Assembly (NCBI GenBank): GCA_050252075.1
Contig: JBFWLP010000003.1
Location: 2,195 to 66,194 of the forward strand
DNA: 64,000 bases
Origin: Burkholderiaceae bacterium
GTDB taxonomy: Bacteria; Pseudomonadota; Gammaproteobacteria; Burkholderiales; Burkholderiaceae_B
Direction of reading: 5' to 3'
The translations under genes were made by a program, and so were the position numbers. The notes beneath the pieces are model-generated. The model was not told where the DNA came from. It made no database searches and saw only the letters and a program-made list of their open reading frames with translations. Position 1 is the first letter of the stretch, and each line of letters opens with the position of its first letter. Shown piece by piece: positions 57,081-64,000 of the stretch.

Positions 57081-57946
57081 GGCCGGCCGAGACGCTTTAC
57101 CAGACCGTGCCCACCGCTCACCCACGTTTTCCAGGCAAGCCAGAGCTTGCGGATGGGGGTCAGGGAAATGCGCTGGTCCAGAACGCGCCATTGCTCGTCG
57201 TCGATTTCGTGCAGCAGGGTGTTGTAGATGGCGGCCATGAGCAGCCCGGGGCGCTGGCTGCGGATGTCCTGGGCGGGCAGCGCTTGCATGGCCTCGCGGT
57301 ATAGCGCATGCGTACGTTCCGACTGCGCTTTCATGAGCTCGGTGAAACCGGGTGTGTAGATGCCATTCAGAATATCCGCTTCGCGTACACCGAAGGCCTT
57401 CAGATCGGACAAGGGCAGGTAAATGCGGCCCCGCCGGGCATCGTCGCCGACGTCGCGAATGATGTTGGTCATTTGAAACGCCAGCCCCAGTTTCTGCGCG
57501 TAATCGAGGGTTTCGGGCCGGGTGTAGCCGAAAATGGCCGCTGAAAGCTCGCCCACCACACCCGCCGCATGCCAGCAGTAGCGGCGCAATGCCGCCCAGT
57601 CGTCGTAGCGGTGGCGGTCCAGATCCATTTCCATGCCTTCGATGATGGCATAAAGGTGATCCTGATTCAGGCCGAACGGCGCGATATGAGGGGCCAGCGC
57701 CTGCATTACAGGGTGCTCGGCCGAACCGTGTTCGTACAGCATTTCCACCTGCTTGCGCCACCACACCAGTTTCATGCGGGCCACCGAGGTTTCATGGACT
57801 TCGTCGACGATGTCGTCGACCTCGCGGCAAAACGCATAGAGCGCGGTAATGGCGCGTCGTCTGTCGGGAGGAAGAAACAGAAACGCATAGTAAAAGCTGG
57901 AGCCACTTTGCGCTGCTTTGTTTTGGCAGTACTCGTCGGGGGTCAT
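57077..57946 (-). CDS. hpnD: Presqualene diphosphate synthase HpnD
   Basis: Start taken at the ATG at 57946 (MTPDEYCQNKAAQSGSSFYYAFLFLP). Squalene/phytoene synthase motifs (YAFCREVDDIVD, IIRDVGDDARRGRIYLP). Confidence 0.85.
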   Translation of the reverse strand: MTPDEYCQNKAAQSGSSFYYAFLFLPPDRRRAITALYAFCREVDDIVDEVHETSVARMKLVWWRKQVEMLYEHGSAEHPVMQALAPHIAPFGLNQDHLYAIIEGMEMDLDRHRYDDWAALRRYCWHAAGVVGELSAAIFGYTRPETLDYAQKLGLAFQMTNIIRDVGDDARRGRIYLPLSDLKAFGVREADILNGIYTPGFTELMKAQSERTHALYREAMQALPAQDIRSQRPGLLMAAIYNTLLHEIDDEQWRVLDQRISLTPIRKLWLAWKTWVSGGHGLVKRLGRP

Positions 57947-57962
57947 GAAAACGTTGCTGGCC

Positions 57963-58844
57963 TTAGAGAGTTGGAGTGCGGTGTTCGAGTGAGTGAGTAT
58001 ATCGGTCAAAGCGCAGGGTTCGCCACGCCAGCCGGGCCCAGTCGGCCTTGCCCAGCACGGGGCGGTTCCCGAAAACGTCGTAGTTTAATTCGTCCAGCCG
58101 TTCGAGTATGCGTAATCCGCCCAGCACCACCAGGCGCAGCTCGATACCAATACGCCCGCCCAGCCGGCAAGCCAGGGGCGCACCATCGAGCAGCAGGCGG
58201 CGCGCGCCTGCAACCTGTTCACGCATGAGGGGTGCCCAACCGGGCGCGGGCCGCGAACCTTGCACGGCATGGCCGATGTCTTGTTCGTCGATGCCAAAGG
58301 CCAGCATGCGGGCCTGGGGAATGTAAATTCGCTGTTTTTGCCAGTCGATCGCCACATCTTGCCAGAAGTTGGCCAGTTGCAGACCGGTGCAAATGGCGTC
58401 GCTGTCTCGCAGGTTCTGCAGGCCGGCCGCACCGTACAGGTGCAGCATCAGGCGTCCCACCGGGTTGGCCGACCGCCGGCAGTAGTCGAGCAAGGCTTCG
58501 TTATCGGCGTAGCGCGTTGTGGTGACGTCTTGTTCGAAGGCCGAGAGCAGGTCGGTGAAGGGTTTGACGGGCAACTGGTAGCGCCGGATCACTTGTTCCA
58601 GGCGATAAAACAAGGCCGCACGCGGATGATCAGCCGCCAGGGGCTGCTCGCCACCCTGCATGGCATGCAGGGCCTGCCGGTAGTCGGCCAGCTGGGCCAG
58701 GCGTTCGGCCGGTGCGGCATCGCCTTCGTCGGCAATGTCGTCGGCTGTGCGTGCAAACTGGTAAATAGCCTGCACGGCCGGGCGCAAACGACGCGGCAGC
58801 AGCAGCGATGCAACAGGAAAGTTTTCGTAGTGATCAACGGCCAT
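57963..58844 (-). CDS. hpnC: Hydroxysqualene synthase HpnC
   Basis: 293 aa. HYENFPVASLLLPRRLRPAV..YQFARTADDIADEG. Confidence 0.85.
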   Translation of the reverse strand: MAVDHYENFPVASLLLPRRLRPAVQAIYQFARTADDIADEGDAAPAERLAQLADYRQALHAMQGGEQPLAADHPRAALFYRLEQVIRRYQLPVKPFTDLLSAFEQDVTTTRYADNEALLDYCRRSANPVGRLMLHLYGAAGLQNLRDSDAICTGLQLANFWQDVAIDWQKQRIYIPQARMLAFGIDEQDIGHAVQGSRPAPGWAPLMREQVAGARRLLLDGAPLACRLGGRIGIELRLVVLGGLRILERLDELNYDVFGNRPVLGKADWARLAWRTLRFDRYTHSLEHRTPTL

Positions 58845-58966
58845 AAGGCCAGAGTATAAGCGAGTGACCGCAGCGAATCAGGGGGCCGGACAGCTAACGT
58901 AGAACTGACATCTTAACGGGAGTGGCCGTTCTGGTTTAGACTTTGCCGTTGCACTCTGGAGAAGTC

Positions 58967-60097
58967 ATGTCCCGGCCCATTTCAGCGACGATTTCCGTTC
59001 CCAATCTACGCCACAATTTACACACCATACAAGGTTTGCTGTCTACTACGCCCGCCCCCCTGCAACCCCCGCATGTGTGGGCGGTCATCAAGGCGCGGGC
59101 CTACGGGCACGGGGTGGCGGCGGCGCTGCAGGCTTTCGCCCAGGCCCAGGGCCTGGCCATGCTCGATCTGCAGGAAGCCTTCGAGTGCCGCGAATCGGGC
59201 TGGACCAAGCCCATCCTGATGCTGGAGGGCTTTTTTCGCCCCGCCGACATCGCCGTCATGCGCACGGGCGGCCTGACGGCCGTGGTTCACAGCCGGGAAC
59301 AGATCGCCATGCTGCAGGCCCAGGCCCCCGACTCCGTCGGGCCGCTCAATGTGTGGCTGAAACTGGACACCGGCATGAATCGCCTGGGGCTGTCGGTTGA
59401 CGATTTGCCCGGCGCCTTGCAGGCACTGCAGACGCTGGCTGCAGAAAAAATTGTTGCGGTGCGCGGCCTCATGACTCACTTCGCCGATGCCGACGGCAAC
59501 GAAACCACAACCTTGCAACAATGCCGCCTGTTCCGGCGAGCTTCAGACGGCCTTGGCTTGCCGGTCAGTGTCTGCAATTCGGCGGCCACCTTGCAGCCCG
59601 CCATCTGGCAATCGTTTCCGGCCGGTACTGAACAATGGGTGCGCCCGGGCATTGCCTTGTACGGCGCGTCGCCGTTCGACCAGCGTCCGGCCTCGTCGTT
59701 TGGCTTGTTGCCCGCGATGACGCTAACATCCGAGCTGATCAGTGTTCGCTCCATTGCCGCCGGTGCCGGCGTGGGCTATGGCCATCGTTTCACCGCTCCT
59801 GAGCCCATGCGGGTGGGAATCGTGGCCTGCGGCTATGCCGACGGCTATCCGCGCCACGCGCCCACCGGCACTCCGGTGACGGTGCATGGTGTGCCCACAC
59901 GCCTGGTGGGGCGGGTTTCCATGGATATGCTGGCCGTTGACCTTACCCCGGTGCCGCAGGCCGTGGTGGGGTCGCCGGTGGTGCTCTGGGGTGAAGGCGG
60001 CCCCGGCGTCGACGCGGTGGCGCAGGCCGCCGGTACCATCGGTTATGAATTGCTTTGCGCGGTGGCACCGCGCGTTCCGAAAAACTATCGGCAGTAA
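58967..60097 (+). CDS. alr: Alanine racemase
   Basis: Start at the ATG at 58967. PLP-lysine block AVIKARAYGHG. C-terminus YELLCAVAPRVP. Confidence 0.9.
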   Translation: MSRPISATISVPNLRHNLHTIQGLLSTTPAPLQPPHVWAVIKARAYGHGVAAALQAFAQAQGLAMLDLQEAFECRESGWTKPILMLEGFFRPADIAVMRTGGLTAVVHSREQIAMLQAQAPDSVGPLNVWLKLDTGMNRLGLSVDDLPGALQALQTLAAEKIVAVRGLMTHFADADGNETTTLQQCRLFRRASDGLGLPVSVCNSAATLQPAIWQSFPAGTEQWVRPGIALYGASPFDQRPASSFGLLPAMTLTSELISVRSIAAGAGVGYGHRFTAPEPMRVGIVACGYADGYPRHAPTGTPVTVHGVPTRLVGRVSMDMLAVDLTPVPQAVVGSPVVLWGEGGPGVDAVAQAAGTIGYELLCAVAPRVPKNYRQ

Positions 60098-60117
60098 CCA
60101 TCCAGAAGGGGACATCG

Positions 60118-60840
60118 GTGAAAGACAAATGTTTTGTGGTAACGGGGGCAACGCGCGGGATCGGCTGGGCGATCAGCCAGCGCCTGGCCGACGCGGGATG
60201 CCATGTCGTGGGCTTGGCGCGCAATACGCAAGACATCGATTTCCCCGGCTATTTGTATGCCTGCGATCTGGCCAATGCGGGGGAAACGGAAGATGTGCTG
60301 CGTCTTGTGCGCGAAAAATACCCGGTTGACGGTGTTGTGAACAATGCCGGGTTGTTGTTGCCCGGGTTGCTGGGCGACATTGATCTTGCGGATCTTTACC
60401 ACGTGTACGACGCGAATGTGCGCGTTTGCGTGCAGGTTACCCAGGCGTTTTTGCCGTCCATGAAGGCGCGCATGCAGGGGCGTATTGTCAACATTACCAG
60501 CCGCGCCGTGCACGGGGTGCCCAACCGAAGCAGCTACGGGGCGGCCAAGGCCGCCATGAATGCGCTGACGCGAACCTGGGCTGTCGAGCTGGCCCCGTTC
60601 GGGGTGACCGTCAATGCGGTGGCGCCCGGCCCTATTGAAACGGAATTTTTCCGCGCCAATCATCCGGTGGGAAGTGACCAGGAAAAAGCCACGCTGGCCG
60701 ATATCCCGCTGGGGCGCCTGGGCGCGCCGGCCGATGTCGCGGCGGCGGTCAGCTTCCTGTTGTCCGACGAAGCGTCGTTCATCACCGGGCAAGTGCTGGG
60801 CGTTGACGGCGGAGGGTCGCTGGTCGGCCGCGCGCGCTAG
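60118..60840 (+). CDS. Short-chain dehydrogenase/reductase (SDR)
   Basis: GTG start at 60118, after AAGGGGA. TGATRGIG cofactor motif and the YGAAKAA catalytic YxxxK. Confidence 0.85.
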   Translation: MKDKCFVVTGATRGIGWAISQRLADAGCHVVGLARNTQDIDFPGYLYACDLANAGETEDVLRLVREKYPVDGVVNNAGLLLPGLLGDIDLADLYHVYDANVRVCVQVTQAFLPSMKARMQGRIVNITSRAVHGVPNRSSYGAAKAAMNALTRTWAVELAPFGVTVNAVAPGPIETEFFRANHPVGSDQEKATLADIPLGRLGAPADVAAAVSFLLSDEASFITGQVLGVDGGGSLVGRAR

Positions 60841-60867
60841 GGCCGGCTTGCCGGTTACACTAACGGC

Positions 60868-62229
60868 ATGGCCAAATCCCGAACCTCGTTTGTATGCACC
60901 GATTGCGGCGGAACCTCTCTGAAATGGGAGGGTAAGTGCCCTCATTGCGGCGCTTGGAACACGCTCGTCGAGCACCAGGAATCGGCCGTGACATCGCACC
61001 GGTTTGCGCCGCTGGCGTCAGCCAGCCCCGTGCGCCGCATTTCCGATATTGAGGCCCGCGAAGAGCCCCGCGAACCCACCGGCATCGGCGAGTTCGACCG
61101 GGTGCTGGGCGGCGGCCTGGTTGACGGGGCGGTGGTGCTGATCGGCGGCGATCCGGGCATTGGCAAATCGACCTTGCTGCTGCAGGCCCTGGTTGCCGTG
61201 TCGAACCGGCGTGAGGTTCTGTACGTAACCGGCGAGGAATCTGCGCAGCAAGTGGCATTGCGCGCCATGCGCCTGGATCTTGTGTCAGACAAGGTCAAGT
61301 TGCTGGCCGAAATCCGCCTGGAAGAAATTACGGCGGCCCTGCTGGAGCACAAGCCTCGTGTCGCCGTGATCGACTCCATACAAACACTGTATTCGTCCAG
61401 CCTGACTGCTGCACCGGGGTCGGTGTCCCAGGTGCGCGAATGCGCCGCCCAGCTTACCCGCCTGGCCAAGCAAACCGGCATCACCATCATTCTGATCGGG
61501 CACGTGACCAAAGACGGTGCCCTGGCCGGCCCCCGTGTGCTGGAGCACATCGTCGACACGGTGCTCTATTTCGAGGGTGATACGCATTCCTCGTTCCGTC
61601 TCATCCGGGCGTTCAAGAATCGCTTTGGCGCGGTCAATGAGCTGGGCGTTTTTGCCATGACCGATCGTGGTTTGCGCGGTGTGGCCAACCCGTCGGCTCT
61701 TTTTCTGTCGCAGCACGCCGAAAACGTTGCCGGATCATGCGTCATGGCAACGCAAGAGGGCACACGCCCGTTGCTGGTCGAAATTCAGGCGCTGGTCGAC
61801 AGCGCCCATGTACCGAATCCGCGCCGGCTGTCCGTCGGGCTGGAAGGTAACCGGCTGGCCATGTTGCTGGCGGTGCTGCATCGCCATGCCGGCATAGCCA
61901 CGTACGATCAGGATGTTTTTGTCAATGCTGTAGGCGGCGTGAAAATTGCCGAGCCGGCGGCCGATCTGGCCGTGTTGCTGGCCATCATGTCCTCGCTCAC
62001 CGGCAGGCCTTTGCCCCAGGGCCTGGTGGTGTTCGGCGAGGTGGGGCTTGCCGGCGAGATCCGCCCGGCTCCGCGTGGGCAGGAGCGCCTGCGCGAAGCC
62101 GCCAAACTGGGGTTCGGCCGGGCCCTGATTCCCCGCGCCAATGCTCCCAAGCAAGCCATCGAGGGTCTGTCTATAATCGCCGTCGACCGCATCGACGAAG
62201 CTATGTCTCGTCTGCGAGAGGGCATTTAA
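60868..62229 (+). CDS. radA: DNA repair protein RadA/Sms
   Basis: 453 aa. Zinc ribbon CTDCGGTSLKWEGKCPHCGAWN, Walker A GDPGIGKST, the KNRFG motif and a Lon-like C-domain. Confidence 0.95.
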   Translation: MAKSRTSFVCTDCGGTSLKWEGKCPHCGAWNTLVEHQESAVTSHRFAPLASASPVRRISDIEAREEPREPTGIGEFDRVLGGGLVDGAVVLIGGDPGIGKSTLLLQALVAVSNRREVLYVTGEESAQQVALRAMRLDLVSDKVKLLAEIRLEEITAALLEHKPRVAVIDSIQTLYSSSLTAAPGSVSQVRECAAQLTRLAKQTGITIILIGHVTKDGALAGPRVLEHIVDTVLYFEGDTHSSFRLIRAFKNRFGAVNELGVFAMTDRGLRGVANPSALFLSQHAENVAGSCVMATQEGTRPLLVEIQALVDSAHVPNPRRLSVGLEGNRLAMLLAVLHRHAGIATYDQDVFVNAVGGVKIAEPAADLAVLLAIMSSLTGRPLPQGLVVFGEVGLAGEIRPAPRGQERLREAAKLGFGRALIPRANAPKQAIEGLSIIAVDRIDEAMSRLREGI

Positions 62230-62240
62230 GGGGCATTATC

Positions 62241-63017
62241 TTGACGTGGTATGTGGTGGTTGCAGGCGCACTGGTTTCCGGTGCGCTTATTGGTTTCACC
62301 GGGGGCGTCCTGGGAATAGGCGGCGGCCTGCTGGCCATACCGTTGCTGGGTCTGGTAATGGGTATGGACCAGCAACTGGCCCAAGGGACGGCCATGATCA
62401 TGGTGCTGCCCGCCGTTCTGGCCACGGTGCGCAAATACAACCAACGGGAACCGATCGACAAGCGCGCGGCCATCACCGGTGCCCTGGCGTCGGTGGCATT
62501 CACCTGGCTGGGCGCCCAGCTTGCCCTGGGCATCGACTCGGGCTTTCTGCGCCGTATTTATGCCGCTTTTGTGCTGGGCATCGCCATCTTTTATTTTTAC
62601 CAGAGCGGGCGGGCCGTGCGGCGCCGGCAGCCTGCGCCGCCGCGGAGCAAGCCCGGGCAGTTTCACATGGGCTGGTTCGCCTTGCTGGGCGCCATTGCCG
62701 GGTTCACCGGCGGGGTGTTTGGTGTGGGGGGGTCGGTACTTGTGGTTCCCATGCTCACTACCTGGTTCCGTTTGTCGCAAACCGATGCGCAGGCGCTGGC
62801 ATTGAGCATGATCATTCCCGGCATGTTCGTTGCGCTGGCTGCCTACGGCATGCACGGGCAGGCCGACTGGTGGGTGGGGTTGCCCATGGCCATCGGCAGT
62901 ATTGCCCTGGTTCCCTATGGCGTACGGCTGGCGTTTTCCTTACCCGAGCCGCGTCTGAAGCTTACATTTGCCTGTATGCTCCTTGTTATCATGGTGCTGT
63001 TACTCGTTAATTCCTGA
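62241..63017 (+). CDS. TauE/SafE (TSUP) family membrane permease
   Basis: 258 aa polytopic protein with duplicated G-rich TM motifs (GFTGGVLGIGGGLLAIPLL; GFTGGVFGVGGSVLVVPML). TTG start as given in the track; start is uncertain. Confidence 0.75.
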   Translation: MTWYVVVAGALVSGALIGFTGGVLGIGGGLLAIPLLGLVMGMDQQLAQGTAMIMVLPAVLATVRKYNQREPIDKRAAITGALASVAFTWLGAQLALGIDSGFLRRIYAAFVLGIAIFYFYQSGRAVRRRQPAPPRSKPGQFHMGWFALLGAIAGFTGGVFGVGGSVLVVPMLTTWFRLSQTDAQALALSMIIPGMFVALAAYGMHGQADWWVGLPMAIGSIALVPYGVRLAFSLPEPRLKLTFACMLLVIMVLLLVNS

Positions 63018-63032
63018 ACGAAGGCTATCGCA

Positions 63033-64000
63033 TGATTTCCTCAATTCGGCTTGGCTGGTCGGCGCTGCGGCGCGACTGGCATTCCGGTGAATTGCGTCTT
63101 CTGGCGCTGGCCCTTGTTATCGCCGTGGCCGCGGTAACCAGTGTGGGGTTTCTGGCCGATCGTGTGTCGCGCGCCCTGGAGCGCGACTCCGCCCAGATGC
63201 TGGGCGCCGATCTGGCCGTGCAAAGCCGGGAGCAGCCGCCCGACCGGTTTGCAAGGCAGGCAACAGATCTGGGGCTGGAAACGGCCGACACGGTTCAGTT
63301 TCCCTCGATGGTCAGTACGGAACAAAATTCGCAACTGGTATCCCTGAAGGCTGTTTCCAGCGGCTATCCGCTGCGCGGGCAGGTGCGCCTTGCCGAGCCG
63401 GGTCAGGCCGGCCTGACCCGTGTGCCCAACGGCCCGCCGGCGCCGGGCACGGCCTGGGCCGATCCGCAGCTGCTGCGTTTGCTGGGGGCCAGCGAGGGAG
63501 ACACGATCGAAGTGGGCGAAATTCCACTGACCATTGCAGCAACCCTGGTGTACGAGCCGGACCGCAGCCTGCAGTTCGTGAATGTTGCGCCTCGGCTGAT
63601 GATCAATTTTGCCGACTTGCCGGCCACCGGGCTGATTGCACCGGGCAGCCGTGTCAGCTATCGCCTGCTGGTGGCGGGTCATCCTGACGCCGTCACGCGC
63701 TATCGCAATTGGCTCGATACAAACCTGGAGCGCGGCCAGGAAGTGCGTACGGTCGAGAACAGCCAGCCGGCGGTGCAGCGTTCGCTGGATCGCGCGAAAC
63801 AGTTCCTGTCGCTGGTTGCCTTGCTGACCGTGATGATTGCGGCGGTCGCGGTGGCGCTGGCCGCCCGCCGTTTCAGTTTGCGCCACCAGGATGGGATAGC
63901 CGTCATGCGCTGCCTGGGCGCGCGTTCGGGGCAACTGGCGGGCATGCTTTGGGTCGAATTCTGCGGCCTGGCTCTTATCGCCTGCGCGGTTGGCACTGTT
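63033..64000 (+). CDS. FtsX-type ABC transporter permease (YbbP-like), 3' truncated at window edge
   Basis: Not in the ORF track because no stop is reached. My own translation from the ATG at 63033 gives MISSIRLGWSALRRDWHSGELRLLALALVIAVAAVTSVGFLADRV... and later LSLVALLTVMIAAVAVALAARRF. The frame is open to base 64000. Confidence 0.7.

Noticed and set aside
57081-57764. N-terminal 228 aa of the 695-aa track ORF 55677-57764
   Set aside because: This part overlaps hpnD in another frame. The FAD-binding motif of HpnE begins right after a GTG at 57080 that overlaps the hpnD stop, so the long form is an artefact of an open upstream frame.
62246-63010. 254-aa alternative-frame ORF overlapping the TauE-like gene
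   Set aside because: Its product is Arg/Gly/His-rich and non-membrane-like. The 62241 frame gives a coherent polytopic TSUP-type protein.

Overview
High-GC (about 60-65% by eye) proteobacterial chromosome segment. It is probably a betaproteobacterium of the Burkholderiales/Alcaligenaceae type; that placement is inferred only from gene order, a Bug-family binding protein, hpnCDE and the alr-radA neighbourhood. Bases 1-42.9 kb form one flagellar supercluster: flhB (5' truncated)-flhA-flhF; flgN-flgM-flgA (minus); flgBCDEFGHIJKL plus a translationally coupled lipoprotein; fliRQPONMLKJIHGF (minus); fliE; flaG-fliD-fliS-fliT-fliK-like-flhB(CC)-like (minus); fliA; ugd; and an AT-rich block holding a 1244-aa TPR-GT41-FkbM-FkbM fusion ORF and fliC (minus). 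Four near-consensus sigma-28 promoters (TAAAnnnn-N11-GCCGTTAa) can be read in front of flgM, flgK, flaG and fliC. The last 21 kb are ordinary metabolic and housekeeping genes: alpha/beta hydrolase, Bug/TctC binding protein, sulfatase, LysR, PdxA-family dehydrogenase, PIN-PhoH ATPase, bcp, a DUF498-like gene, aminotransferase-hom-thrC-crcB, hpnCDE, alr, an SDR, radA, a TauE-like permease and a partial FtsX-type ABC permease. I saw no rRNA, tRNA, CRISPR array, transposase or integrase. The leads most worth following are: (1) the AT-rich flagellin plus giant modification-enzyme cassette; (2) an FlhF carrying an unexplained extra C-terminal region of about 430 aa, with no flhG next to it; (3) a FliK-like / stand-alone FlhB-CC-like pair coupled to the end of the late fliDST operon; (4) an 18-bp in-frame tandem repeat (xYSDPx) present in two unrelated genes, fliO and hpnE; (5) a shared, duplicated module in FlgK and FlgL. 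All functional calls rest on reading motifs in the supplied translations. No database search was possible.
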